Counted from the first letter of the stretch, positions 20,566-31,453 are shown. The stretch is 64,000 nt of DNA from Promethearchaeota archaeon (GCA_048941015.1 JBHLNZ010000005.1:1-64000); one strand, 5' to 3'. Notes: generated by a model from the letters alone, not told the origin. Translations and numbers: made by a program.

Positions 20566-21435
20566 TTAAATATATTGCTGAATTTTTGGTAAAGAATTAA
20601 TTACTATTTTGATAGTATTTTCAATCCCCTTTTCCATATTTGGATGGATTTCATTTGAATTAAGCAAATCATATTTTGGGTCTCCAGGTAAATCTGATAT
20701 AGAAAGGATTGAAACTGTTTTGAGATTATATAATATACCAAGTAAAAATAAAATTGATGATTCCATATCAATCGCCTCGACGTTAATAGACTTTAAAACC
20801 TTAATAAATTCGAAATTCTCGCAAAATAGGGCATCAGTTGTCCATAGATTTACTTCTCTTGCTTTAGTCAGGTTATTAGCTTCTTTTATTAGTATTTCTT
20901 TAAGTACTTCATGGGGTTTAGTGATAAAAATCGTATGATTCCCTGCTATGATATTTTGAATTGTAGATAATGGATTATTGATTGATTCTAGTTGGTTTAA
21001 TAAACTTGGATACGTTCGAATATATTGAGGACTTGTCCCATCATCACAATAAGCTACCTTTGGGACAACAACATTACCTATTTCTAGATGGTTAGTTTCA
21101 TTCGAAATTCCTCCGCATAAATCTATTCGAATTATTACTTTTGCTTTAGTCCTTTTTAAAGATTCGATTATTAAGGCAAGGTTTGGACATCCAATTTGCG
21201 AAAGTATTAAACTCACTCTAATTCCATTTAAAATGCCATTATATACTCTCCCATGAACAAACTTATTTTGAAGTTTTTGGACTAATTTTTTCATTACCAT
21301 TTTTGTAGCAGGTAAAATTACAATTTCATTAATGTTAGAAGAAGCAGTTTCTAAGATCATCCTTACAATTTTTTCATCCACACTAATAAACTTTAATCCA
21401 AAATTTAGCAATTCACTTTTTAATTTATTTAACAT
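20566..21435 (-). CDS. Purine/uridine nucleoside phosphorylase family protein
   Basis: IGCPN, IIRIDLCGG, WTTDALF, AIDMES and ISD motifs. Confidence 0.8.
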   Translation of the reverse strand: MLNKLKSELLNFGLKFISVDEKIVRMILETASSNINEIVILPATKMVMKKLVQKLQNKFVHGRVYNGILNGIRVSLILSQIGCPNLALIIESLKRTKAKVIIRIDLCGGISNETNHLEIGNVVVPKVAYCDDGTSPQYIRTYPSLLNQLESINNPLSTIQNIIAGNHTIFITKPHEVLKEILIKEANNLTKAREVNLWTTDALFCENFEFIKVLKSINVEAIDMESSILFLLGILYNLKTVSILSISDLPGDPKYDLLNSNEIHPNMEKGIENTIKIVINSLPKIQQYI

Positions 21436-21604
21436 TCTTTATCAGCTTTAATTTTTTATAAGGGTCTAGTTATATTTTATAAGTTGCTGCCTAATTAGAT
21501 TAGTACTTATATTTCTTAATAATAATTTTTAATATCTTAATAAAATACATTAATCTATAGTTATAAATTAGTAGGATACTCAGATTATTAGTTGGTTCAT
21601 TGAA

Positions 21605-22894
21605 ATGAAAAAAGAGTTTATCATTGATAATAAAATCACAAATGATTTTGTTGAATCATATACTAAAACAACATATCGAATCGTAGGAAATAATAAGCAT
21701 ACTGCTATTAAACCTTGTCATTGGCTCGAACAAAAGTTGATGACCGGTAGAAATAACCGAAATTGTTATAAAGGTGTTTTTGGAGTTGAAAGCCATCGTT
21801 GCTTACAAAATACACCATCATTACCTTTTTGCAATCATCAATGCGTATTTTGTTGGAGAGATATTGAATTAGGATCAGTTGGTGGTGATTTTGTTGTCGA
21901 ACCGGATGAACCAAAGGATTTAATCGATGAAATGATTCGGCATCAACAAGATATCATAAAAAATCATCTACCACTTAGAAGATATTTAGATAATTATGAA
22001 ATTATGATTGATATCCTTTATTTCATGCTTCTTCAAAATAAACCTCAAAATATTAGTTCCCTTTCTGATAATTTACATATTAGTAGAAATAAAGTTGAAA
22101 GAGCAATAAATCTCCTGAAGAATCAAGAATTTATAAGACCTATAGAGACATCAATAAATAGTTTCAAGCTTGATACAGAGATCTCATGTTGTATCGATTC
22201 AAGGGATGAAATTGAGAGGCTAATAGGATTAGAATTAACAAATCCTGATGATATTATGAATGCTCATGCGGAAGCAATGAATCCAAATCATGCAGCAATA
22301 TCATTAGATGGAGAGCCATTATTATATCCAAAAATGAATCATTATATTGAGGAATTTCGAAACCGAGATATGACTACTTTTATTGTAACTAATGGTACAC
22401 TACCAAAGAGAATTGAAGCTTTAGAACATTTACCGTCTCAGTTATATATAACTCTTGCTGCCCCCAATGAAAAAATATATAAAAAAGTTTGCCGTCCAAT
22501 GATTAAAAATGGATGGAATGAAATAATGAAAAGTCTAGATTTAGTTCAATCACTTTCCTGTCGAACTCTTATAAGAATGACTGCTGTGAAGAATTTGAAT
22601 CTTAATGATGATTTAATCAAGGATTATATAAATATTATTGAGAAGTCAAACCCTGATTTCTTTGAAATAAAAGGTTTCACTTTACAAGCAAAAGCATTAC
22701 TTGTCAAGGAACGCTTACATAGTAACAAGACACTTCAACACTTTTTTCCGGATTATGAATATTTAGAAAAAATCGCTTTGAAGTTTGAAAAAGAGGGAAA
22801 TTTTCCTCTAATTTACAAAAATAAGGCAAGTAGAGATTTTTTGTTTGCTGTCAATTGGGATAAAAGTAGAGATCCTAAGATTGAAATCCCTTAA
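21605..22894 (+). CDS. taw1: 4-demethylwyosine synthase Taw1/TYW1 (radical SAM) with internal insertion
   Basis: HTAIKPCHW, CYK..FGVESHRC, CNHQCVFCWR, AISLDGEP and VTNGT. Confidence 0.93.
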   Translation: MKKEFIIDNKITNDFVESYTKTTYRIVGNNKHTAIKPCHWLEQKLMTGRNNRNCYKGVFGVESHRCLQNTPSLPFCNHQCVFCWRDIELGSVGGDFVVEPDEPKDLIDEMIRHQQDIIKNHLPLRRYLDNYEIMIDILYFMLLQNKPQNISSLSDNLHISRNKVERAINLLKNQEFIRPIETSINSFKLDTEISCCIDSRDEIERLIGLELTNPDDIMNAHAEAMNPNHAAISLDGEPLLYPKMNHYIEEFRNRDMTTFIVTNGTLPKRIEALEHLPSQLYITLAAPNEKIYKKVCRPMIKNGWNEIMKSLDLVQSLSCRTLIRMTAVKNLNLNDDLIKDYINIIEKSNPDFFEIKGFTLQAKALLVKERLHSNKTLQHFFPDYEYLEKIALKFEKEGNFPLIYKNKASRDFLFAVNWDKSRDPKIEIP

Positions 22895-22983
22895 GTCTTT
22901 AATTTTCTAATTAGAAAAAATTAATCACTTTAACTCGTTTATTTAGATAAAATTCATAAAGTTAATGGCATTTTTTTATAACT

Positions 22984-23592
22984 ATGTATATTGCGTGCTT
23001 AGATTTAGAAGGGGTATTTACACCGGAAATATGGATTGCAGTAGCAGAAGCCAAAGGCATCGAAGAACTTAAACTCACTACTAGAGATGAACCGGATTAT
23101 GATAAATTAATGAAAAGAAGATTGACTATTTTAAAAAATCATCGAATTTCTCTAATGGAAATCCAAAATGTAATTTCAGAGATGAATCTTTTACCTGGCG
23201 CAAAAAATTTTATGGAATGGCTACACTCCATAATCGAAGTGATTATAGTAAGCGGAACTTACATCGAATTTGCTAAGCCTTTAATGAATAAATTAGGTTA
23301 TGCTACGCTTTTGTGTAATAGCTTAAAAATTAGTGAAAACGGTATGATTGATGATTATAGCTTAAGAATAAAAGATATGAAGAAAATAACAGTAGAAAAA
23401 CTTAAAGATATGAATTATAAGGTCATCTCGATTGGTGATTCTTATAATGACATAGCTATGTTGATGGAAGCAGATTTTGGAATTTTATTTCGGCCTCCTA
23501 TTAATATAACAGAAGAATACCCTAGATTTCCAATAGCATATGATTACTCTGAGTTAAAGAGAATCATTTCGGATTATTTAGGTATAGCTTAA
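22984..23592 (+). CDS. thrH: Phosphoserine phosphatase/homoserine phosphotransferase (HAD)
   Basis: CLDLEGVFTPEIW, TTRDEPDYDKLM and GDSYND. Confidence 0.92.
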   Translation: MYIACLDLEGVFTPEIWIAVAEAKGIEELKLTTRDEPDYDKLMKRRLTILKNHRISLMEIQNVISEMNLLPGAKNFMEWLHSIIEVIIVSGTYIEFAKPLMNKLGYATLLCNSLKISENGMIDDYSLRIKDMKKITVEKLKDMNYKVISIGDSYNDIAMLMEADFGILFRPPINITEEYPRFPIAYDYSELKRIISDYLGIA

Positions 23593-23784
23593 TCTTGCTC
23601 TATTAATTGATTCGCATTATAAAGAAAATGTTAATTATAGCAATTATATAAAAGTTCTTAGGGTTGTATTATTGACTACATCAGCCTTTTTGATTGTGAT
23701 TTTTCCTATTGGCACATTCTTTAGTCTAATTCTAATTCAAGAATTTTACCCATTAAAGGTAAAAGAAGTTTAACTATAGTTTTA

Positions 23785-24411
23785 TCAAGAATTATAGCTC
23801 TTTATTATCCTTTTTAATTTATCAACATTAATTTTCTTTAAAGCTGAAAATTCCAAATATGGAATTTGAGTCTCAATTTGAGGTATATAATCATTTAACT
23901 GAATTATATCTAGTCCGAACTCTTTAGAAGTTTTTAAAAAAAGTGAAATGGTTCTCCTTTTATCCAAATTAGATAATTTATCCACTTTATTAATCACAAT
24001 TAAAATAGGTATTTCAAGCTCTTTAAGAAAAGTTATTAATTCAAAAGTTAAAGGGATAGTATCTTTTTTCTCTTGAAAATATTTCAAAATCTCATCCTCA
24101 ATTCTAAGAATATTAATTATGATCAAAGCTAAGAAGTAATTTTGATAATTTCTTTCTAAATGTAATACTATTTGTTTTTTTATGTGGTTTTCTCTTCGTT
24201 TACTACTCTTTTTCATATAACCAAAACCAGGTAAATCAACAATTTGATAGTCCATAGATGTTTGATAAACATTTTTAACCAGTAAGGTACTTCCAGGAGT
24301 TTTACCGATTTTTCCTTTGAATTTTTTAGGATTGGGGAGTAATAACCTTGTTATTGAACTTTTTCCGACATTTGAATTCCCTATAAGTAATAAAGACGGT
24401 TTATCTTTCAT
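23785..24411 (-). CDS. engB: EngB/YihA-family GTPase
   Basis: GNSNVGKSS, PGST, DLPGFG, NKVD and SAL. Confidence 0.88.
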   Translation of the reverse strand: MKDKPSLLLIGNSNVGKSSITRLLLPNPKKFKGKIGKTPGSTLLVKNVYQTSMDYQIVDLPGFGYMKKSSKRRENHIKKQIVLHLERNYQNYFLALIIINILRIEDEILKYFQEKKDTIPLTFELITFLKELEIPILIVINKVDKLSNLDKRRTISLFLKTSKEFGLDIIQLNDYIPQIETQIPYLEFSALKKINVDKLKRIIKSYNS

Positions 24412-24441
24412 ATTGTCAAAATTTTCAGAATTATAGTTAAA

Positions 24442-25353
24442 TTATATATCCGAAAAATCATCTTCAAGAAAATCCTTAAACATTTTCTGTTTTTCTTCTT
24501 CTTTAATAATAGGTCTTGTACTTATCGGCTCTCCAATTTGTTCTAAAATTTCAGTCAATCCTTTTATTCCCACATTAATTTTAAATTTACTTCCACTTAG
24601 AAAACGGACAATTTGCTTCTCATTCAAAGTTAATCGAAGAATATAACCCAAACCAAAATAAAACTGATGTTCTGGAATAGGATCAATAGGACTTTTGCTT
24701 GTAACTTCTTTTAGCATTTCATATAGTAATTCCTTACTAGCAACATAATCTTCTGTCTGAAAGACAATATAATAAAGAGCATGATACCAAATTTTGTCTC
24801 TCTTATTTTTAGCATATTCTATAAACTTTTCAGGAGTAATTATTTCTACTTCTTTTTCTTCCTTTCTTTCAAGAAGTTCTTGTTTAATACGTTCTTCTAA
24901 TTCAGATGAAATGGATGAAGCTTGTCGGTTATCAGATAATTGTTCGGAATCAAGCTGTAATTCTTCTTGCTTGACAGTTTCAATTGCTTCTTGTATTTCT
25001 TTTAATTCTTCAAACTCAAATTCGTCGAGATCTGAAAAATCTGAAATTAAAGCTTCTTTTTGTGCTAAATAATCATCCATTTTGGCTTTTTCGGTTACGA
25101 TTGACGAACCGTTACTCAAAGATGTATCTTTAATAGTTTTTTCAACTTCTAAGTTTTCCATTTCTCTAACTTTGATAATCGCATCTTGCATTTCTTTTAG
25201 TTCTTCAAAATCTAGATCGTCTAGATCTGAAAAATCACTTTTAAGATCCTTTATTTCTGTTAAATAGTCTTTCAAATCATCTTGATCTTTAGAATCGTTT
25301 TCAAATTTTTTAGTTTCTTCTTGATCAAGATGGTTATTTTGTTTTTCATTCAT
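24442..25353 (-). CDS. Acidic hypothetical protein with duplicated 21-aa motif
   Basis: SDFSDLDDLDFEELKEMQDAI / SDFSDLDEFEFEELKEIQEAI; globular-looking C-terminal domain. Confidence 0.75.
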   Translation of the reverse strand: MNEKQNNHLDQEETKKFENDSKDQDDLKDYLTEIKDLKSDFSDLDDLDFEELKEMQDAIIKVREMENLEVEKTIKDTSLSNGSSIVTEKAKMDDYLAQKEALISDFSDLDEFEFEELKEIQEAIETVKQEELQLDSEQLSDNRQASSISSELEERIKQELLERKEEKEVEIITPEKFIEYAKNKRDKIWYHALYYIVFQTEDYVASKELLYEMLKEVTSKSPIDPIPEHQFYFGLGYILRLTLNEKQIVRFLSGSKFKINVGIKGLTEILEQIGEPISTRPIIKEEEKQKMFKDFLEDDFSDI

Positions 25354-25536
25354 TATTAAATTTATTAAGATTTAATTAAACAATATCTTATTTTTCTCTA
25401 ATAAAATAAATAATTCTTCTTTTCTTTAAATCTTAAGATTAGTTTAGAAATATTAAAGTATTAAATAAGTTAACTTTATCCTAAATTTAAAAGAATATTT
25501 GAAAAATAAATTAGTCAGAAATAGGAAGTACAATTC

Positions 25537-27789
25537 CTATGTCTTTTTATAAATAAATCTTTCCCAACTCTTGGTAGATGGCATCTCTACTGGCATGTTT
25601 TTGCGCTTACGGATTTCAAGGATAAGATCTTCTTCTAGCGAAGGAGGGACCTTTTCAAAACCCGAAAATTCATAACCAAAAAATGCACGTCCTTGAGTTG
25701 CTCCTCGTATATCATCTGCAAGACCAATAGTTTCTGCTGCTGGAATACTTCCTTGGACTCTTACATACTCACCTTCGGGGATTACATTAGTTATTCTTCC
25801 TCTTCTTTTTGTAATGATTGTACTTATATTACCTTCAGTTCCAGTAGGTGATTTGACATCAATTTTTTGGATAGGTTCATATAGATGTGGAGCTGCATCT
25901 AACATTGCTAATGACATAGCTGAAAATGCCATACCAGCAATTTGTCCATATTGAGTATGTCTTGGATCTTCATGTATTACCATATCTGTAAAAACTACTT
26001 TGAATCCAGCTGCAGGCTCTTTTGCTAATATACACTCACCTAACCAATCTCTAAAAGCAGCTGTTAGGTAAGATTTAACTCTATCAAACCTCTGCAGACC
26101 TGAAGTCCCATTTACAAGTAAACTTCCATGATATACATCTACAATACGTCTTGCTTCTTTTGCATCCCATCCAGCTTCTTCCCTTAAAATTTGCGCACGA
26201 TCCTTTTCATTTTGTAAATCAGTGACCTTACCACTTTCAATTAATTTTTCAGTTTTCTCATCAAGTGGTTCTATATAAAGTAGGATACGATTATGAGTAT
26301 TTGCGGATTTTGTATAAAAATCTCTGCTCTTCTTCGATATTTTCTCTCGATAAACAATAATAGGTTCGCCAATAATAATTTCAACTTGATTATTGATCCG
26401 TTTTGTCAAGATCTCAATTTGTAGAGGATCTATTCCACTTAATATAAATTCTCCTGACTCTTTATCCATTCTATATTCTGCGGTAGGATCTGCTTGAAGC
26501 CATTTGCCCACAATTTCATCTAATTTATCAATTTCATGTGGATCACGCGCTTTAATGCTTCTTGAGACAACAGGTTCACAAGCGTAACTTATTCGTTCAA
26601 AAGCGGGTAACCTTGCTTGCTCTTCTTTATCTTTAGGAACATCATCAGCAGCCATAAATGTTTCTCCAGAAGGACAAATAAATCCAAATAAAGCGAATAA
26701 ATTACCAGCAGGGACTTTATCCATATCTAAAATATCAGTTATTTCCATAACACCCAATCTTTTCAATCTCTGTTTACTTTTGTTGTTTACGAGAAAAATT
26801 ATATCGGACTGATTAAATGTACCTGAAAAGACTCTGCCAATTAACGTAGCTTGATAATTTCTCTTTGGATCTAAGAAAATCTTCGTAATCATACCATATA
26901 AGGGTCCATTAGGGTCACTTTTTACCAACGATTTCCCCAATTCAGAATTTAAATCAGCCCCCCATATATGAGGAATTCTATATTTTGATGCACTAACAGG
27001 ATCTGGTAAGTGATCAACAACCATGCGAAGTAAAGGCTCATCCAAGGGCAAGTTATCTCTTAACCATTGTATATCCCCTTCATTGTATTTTTGGAATACA
27101 GTTATAGGAGTATATCCTTTTTCCTTCAGAATCTCATATGTGAAGCCCCATCCATGCTTCGCAGAGCCTACAGCAACGCTATTTTTTCCGAAATCTATTC
27201 CCCAGTCAAATCCTTCTGGTCTTACCTTTCTAATGAGTTCATTCACTTGTTTTGTAATATCATCAATTTTTGCATAAGTATCTTCTGGGCTAAGTTTTAA
27301 CTCACTTATCAATCTATCAACTTTATTAATAAATAGAACTGGTTTACATAGCTCTTCTCCAACTGCTAGTCGTATATTAGTTTCAGTTTGTGTCATAACT
27401 CCTTCTAATGCATCAACAAGAATAATTGCACCATCAGATCCTCTTAAGGCTCTTGATACTTCCCCTGTGAAGGAAATATGGCCAGGAGTATCGTTAATCT
27501 GGAAAATATATGGCTCTCGATCATCTTTTTTTCTAGGATCAGTAAAAGCAAGCAATACTACAGATGTAAAAATAGTAATACCTCTTTCTTGTTCTTCATC
27601 ATCAGAATCTGTCATTTGAAGCTGTCCTGCATCTTCTGGACGCATAAGACCAGCTCTCCTCAGTAGATAATCCGTTGCTGTTGTTTTACCGTGATCTATA
27701 TGAGCTGTTATCGAAAAGATTCTTTTTTTAGAATAATTTGTACTAGAAACCATCGACTGAATTTCTTCGGGGTTCTTTACTTTAACCAT
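25537..27789 (-). CDS. fusA: Elongation factor 2 family GTPase (archaeal EF-2 or its paralog)
   Basis: AHIDHGKT, ERGITI, DTPGH, NKVD and IRGATQGRA; diphthamide loop reads HEDPRHTQ. Confidence 0.9.
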   Translation of the reverse strand: MVKVKNPEEIQSMVSSTNYSKKRIFSITAHIDHGKTTATDYLLRRAGLMRPEDAGQLQMTDSDDEEQERGITIFTSVVLLAFTDPRKKDDREPYIFQINDTPGHISFTGEVSRALRGSDGAIILVDALEGVMTQTETNIRLAVGEELCKPVLFINKVDRLISELKLSPEDTYAKIDDITKQVNELIRKVRPEGFDWGIDFGKNSVAVGSAKHGWGFTYEILKEKGYTPITVFQKYNEGDIQWLRDNLPLDEPLLRMVVDHLPDPVSASKYRIPHIWGADLNSELGKSLVKSDPNGPLYGMITKIFLDPKRNYQATLIGRVFSGTFNQSDIIFLVNNKSKQRLKRLGVMEITDILDMDKVPAGNLFALFGFICPSGETFMAADDVPKDKEEQARLPAFERISYACEPVVSRSIKARDPHEIDKLDEIVGKWLQADPTAEYRMDKESGEFILSGIDPLQIEILTKRINNQVEIIIGEPIIVYREKISKKSRDFYTKSANTHNRILLYIEPLDEKTEKLIESGKVTDLQNEKDRAQILREEAGWDAKEARRIVDVYHGSLLVNGTSGLQRFDRVKSYLTAAFRDWLGECILAKEPAAGFKVVFTDMVIHEDPRHTQYGQIAGMAFSAMSLAMLDAAPHLYEPIQKIDVKSPTGTEGNISTIITKRRGRITNVIPEGEYVRVQGSIPAAETIGLADDIRGATQGRAFFGYEFSGFEKVPPSLEEDLILEIRKRKNMPVEMPSTKSWERFIYKKT

Positions 27790-28079
27790 TTTAAATTCAC
27801 TTTAATCTTGTTATAATTGAATAGAGTGTAATAATTAAAAAAAAAAATATGAGAAATGATAAAAATTTTATGTTTTAAATGTATAAATTGCTATTTATTA
27901 TAATTTTTCTTTAATATATGCTAAATAGTTAAGTTTTTTTAAGGATTGAGAAATTAGTGTACTTTATTCAACAAATTCATATCCTGGTTTTTCTAGAATT
28001 TCAATTTCTTTTTTCTTATGTAACTCAGCATTTCTTTCTTTGGTATTATTCATTCAGGACTTTAAAGATTATTCTTAAC

Positions 28080-29534
28080 TTAAATAAATGGTAAGATAAG
28101 GTTTATTAAAATAAATAATGTTCTTTTTGCAGATTTAGTTTTAGCATTAACTGCTTGAGAAATATTAGTTACTTCAAAATTTTCTGGTAAATTATTTTTA
28201 ATATTATCAGTTAGAAAATCTAAAAATGAATGATAATCTCTTTTTGTTTCTACCCAAAGATAATTATCTTTTTCAAGAAAATTAGGATTTTTAAGTTTAA
28301 ATTTTTCTGAATGGCTTTTTTCTGAAATTGGAGGACCTCTACGTATATAAGTATTTGAAATCTCTGGGGTTTCACAATAAAAAGCAATGTTGTATTCACC
28401 ACTGTTTTCTTCAAAATATATCTCATATTCAATACTCTTAAACCTGTCGTGATGTGAATATTCTTTTTCTCCATTTGCTTTTATACCTTCAGCTAAAGAA
28501 TATAATTTATCCCTATTTATTGTATAATGAATGCTGGGTTCTAAATTCTTCAACTCAATTATAAAGATTTTAAATAGGAGATTATTATTAATGTCCTTTA
28601 AATTTATTAAAGGAATCTCTTTAATTTCAAAAAAATCTTCTCTAGGATCATTCAAAAATTCCTTAATTTTAAAATTAATATATTTATATGCTTTTTTCGA
28701 AATCGCGGATGCCACGTTTCTATTTTTGTCAATAGGATCTACTATTATGAGATAATCTTGTTGAAAATGAACAAGCTTTTCTAGATCTTTTGGGTCCCTT
28801 TCATAATAATCCAATGGGTTATCTTTTAATTCATTAAAATGTATCAAAAGATTTTTTAAGTTTTTAAAATAATATATTAACAACTCTGCACTATAACCAA
28901 TGAATCCCACTCTTCCTATTGCACTTTTATCACCGTAAGAGTGTGATGCTTTGAAGAACTGTTTTAATAATCTTACATCATCTTTTTGTGCAGGAGTCAA
29001 ATTATCTCTAATAAAGCGCCCATGCCAAGGGGATCTATCAACTGCGGTAATAGGTCCAAATTTTTTAATATAATCTAAATCTAAATCAAAATATAGGACA
29101 ATATCTACTTTTATTTTTAGTTTATCAACTATATAATCTACAGTAACATATGGATGTTCAGCGAACAAAAGCCTTGGATTATGAAATTCTTTTGGTGATA
29201 ATGATTTTATAATCCAATTATTACAGAGTTTTAAAAAATCTTTCTTAGATTCCTTTTTTAACCTACTTTTACTCAGTCCTTTATATTTATGCTTATATAA
29301 TTCATAATCTAGCCCTATAAACAAATCAATATCAAAATTATTTTGTAATTGAGTTTGTTTTATACCTGTAGATCCCTGTGGTTCGATTTTCGTGTATTTG
29401 ATATTTAATTTTTGAGCAGTTTTACTGAGAGTATTAATTAACTTCTGATTAATATCATCTATTAAACTCAATTCCTGAGTTGTAGGTATAATACTATTCA
29501 AAACATTAGAAAGAACTTTATTTAAATCTGTCAT
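28080..29534 (-). CDS. cca: Class I CCA-adding enzyme
   Basis: GS...T.L...DIDLF, AEHPY, AVDRSPWH, GYSAELL and DPIDKNRNVA. Confidence 0.93.
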   Translation of the reverse strand: MTDLNKVLSNVLNSIIPTTQELSLIDDINQKLINTLSKTAQKLNIKYTKIEPQGSTGIKQTQLQNNFDIDLFIGLDYELYKHKYKGLSKSRLKKESKKDFLKLCNNWIIKSLSPKEFHNPRLLFAEHPYVTVDYIVDKLKIKVDIVLYFDLDLDYIKKFGPITAVDRSPWHGRFIRDNLTPAQKDDVRLLKQFFKASHSYGDKSAIGRVGFIGYSAELLIYYFKNLKNLLIHFNELKDNPLDYYERDPKDLEKLVHFQQDYLIIVDPIDKNRNVASAISKKAYKYINFKIKEFLNDPREDFFEIKEIPLINLKDINNNLLFKIFIIELKNLEPSIHYTINRDKLYSLAEGIKANGEKEYSHHDRFKSIEYEIYFEENSGEYNIAFYCETPEISNTYIRRGPPISEKSHSEKFKLKNPNFLEKDNYLWVETKRDYHSFLDFLTDNIKNNLPENFEVTNISQAVNAKTKSAKRTLFILINLILPFI

Positions 29535-29644
29535 GAATCTGAAATCAGTATAAAGAGATTAGTTTTAATCATTCTTATAATTATTAATTACTTTAATATT
29601 TAAAAAATTCTTTAAATAGTTGCAGAAAGAAAAGGATTCAATAA

Positions 29645-31453
29645 TCACATGCCCCACCACGGGTGTGTTGACTTTCTCATTAATATTATATAGTCCTTTA
29701 AAGCCTCTTTTTGATCAACTGTTAATTCGTTTACAAATTTGCCCATTAATTGTCTCACATGAGATTCTGGAACACGCACGAATAATATTTCATCTTTTGC
29801 TAAATCTTTACCAATTTCTATTCCTCTTATGGATACTGCAACTTCTGAATCTTTATTTGCCTTTTCTAAAGTTTTTCCTTTATCTTGAATTTGATGAATT
29901 CTTCTTATTTTTTTACCTTGGTCAGTTATTAACGGAACTTTTGGAAATAAGGTTCCCGCTTCGACATGAACTCCGAAAACAGCAGGATTCGAATTTCTAA
30001 AAATAAAATCTGGAAGCATTTTAAGTTTTGCGGGCAATATTAACTCACTTAAACCTTTAGCTGTATCTTCTGCTTTCCGAGTTTCGGAATATTCGATATA
30101 ATCTTCCAATAATCGATAAATTACATCATTCGTAAAAATTCTGATGTTATCGATGGTCGCTTGTTCTCGAGCTTCAGGTAAGATTGCAACATTGAAGCCT
30201 AGAACAACAGCAGAATAAGGATCTAGATTTTTAACTATATTAGCATTAATAACATCCTCCTTTTTTATGGGACCTACATCAGCAATACTTATCTTGACTC
30301 CATTTTTTGTAAAGTGATTTTCCAAAGCTTCAAGAGAACCTAATGTGTCTGCTTTTAACACAACTCCCGCTTTATCTGTTTTTATTCTAATACTTTGAAC
30401 CTCTTCTTCAATTTGCTTATATACGGTATCCTCGTTTGATGGATCTGATATAGTTCTAAATGGTGATCCCGCAACAACATCATCAATATTTGGTGCAAGA
30501 ATTTTAATACCAGAAGCTGCACTTACTAGATTTTCAGAATCAAATTTCTGACGTGGATCTCGAATCTCATCAAGTGGTTTCGGTCTTAAAAGAGCTCTTA
30601 CTTTAGATTTTATAGGTTTTTCAAGTCCACCTACGATAAAATCATCTCCTTTTTTAATAATGCCATCGTAGATTAATACATCCATAGTTATTCCTTGTCC
30701 TTTTTCCTTTTTTACTTCTAAAACAACTCCTTTAGCTGGCCCTTCTGAAAATTGCAAATTTTCTGTTAAATATTGCTGTACTAAACCCATTAATATTAAA
30801 AGTAAGGTTGATATGCCTTCACCTGTTTTTGCACTAGTTGGAACAATAGCTACTTTCTTGGTAAAATCAGAAATTTTATCATACCTATCAATACCTTTAA
30901 ATCCTTCTTCCAAAAAGTTACCAACAATTTCTAATAATTTTTCATCTAAAAAATCTCTTACATGGGGTTTTTGAGAGTTATATGAATCTAAAAAGTCTGC
31001 ATCCTTTTTTGATTTCCAACCAGAAATACGATCTATTTTATTAGCAGCTATAACAAAAGGTGTTTTTCGCTCTCTTAATATCCTTACTGACTCCCATGTA
31101 ATTGGCATTGTTCCTGCAGTGACATCAATTACTAAAATAGCAATATCAGCTACTGCACCACCTCTACGTCTTAAATTCATAAATGCAGCATGTCCGGGTG
31201 TATCTACTACTAAGATTCCTGGAAGTTTGATATCTTTTTCAGCAAATTCTTGCTTGGATTTACTTAAAAATATTTTAATATCCTCGGTTGGAAAATAAGA
31301 AGCGCCTATGTGTTGAGTAATACCTGCAGCTTCTCTTTGTTGAACCACAGTTCCTCTAATATAATCTAAGATACTAGTTTTTCCGTGATCAATATGCCCT
31401 AAAATACAAACTATTGGAGCTCTGATAACTTTGCTGCTGCTTTCTGCTGTCAT
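29645..31453 (-). CDS. infB: Translation initiation factor aIF5B/IF2
   Basis: GHIDHGKT, GITQHIGA, DTPGH and KADTLGSLEAL. Confidence 0.97.
   Translation of the reverse strand: MTAESSSKVIRAPIVCILGHIDHGKTSILDYIRGTVVQQREAAGITQHIGASYFPTEDIKIFLSKSKQEFAEKDIKLPGILVVDTPGHAAFMNLRRRGGAVADIAILVIDVTAGTMPITWESVRILRERKTPFVIAANKIDRISGWKSKKDADFLDSYNSQKPHVRDFLDEKLLEIVGNFLEEGFKGIDRYDKISDFTKKVAIVPTSAKTGEGISTLLLILMGLVQQYLTENLQFSEGPAKGVVLEVKKEKGQGITMDVLIYDGIIKKGDDFIVGGLEKPIKSKVRALLRPKPLDEIRDPRQKFDSENLVSAASGIKILAPNIDDVVAGSPFRTISDPSNEDTVYKQIEEEVQSIRIKTDKAGVVLKADTLGSLEALENHFTKNGVKISIADVGPIKKEDVINANIVKNLDPYSAVVLGFNVAILPEAREQATIDNIRIFTNDVIYRLLEDYIEYSETRKAEDTAKGLSELILPAKLKMLPDFIFRNSNPAVFGVHVEAGTLFPKVPLITDQGKKIRRIHQIQDKGKTLEKANKDSEVAVSIRGIEIGKDLAKDEILFVRVPESHVRQLMGKFVNELTVDQKEALKDYIILMRKSTHPWWGM

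Noticed and set aside
21960-22260. Possible intein in taw1 (also checked infB and rfcS)
   Set aside because: No C/S...HN-C/S/T splice junctions or LAGLIDADG motifs; infB and rfcS are normal length.
27964-28053. 29-aa minus-strand ORF MNNTKERNAELHKKKEIEILEKPGYEFVE between cca and EF-2
   Set aside because: Too short to support without homology or expression data; could be chance or a remnant.
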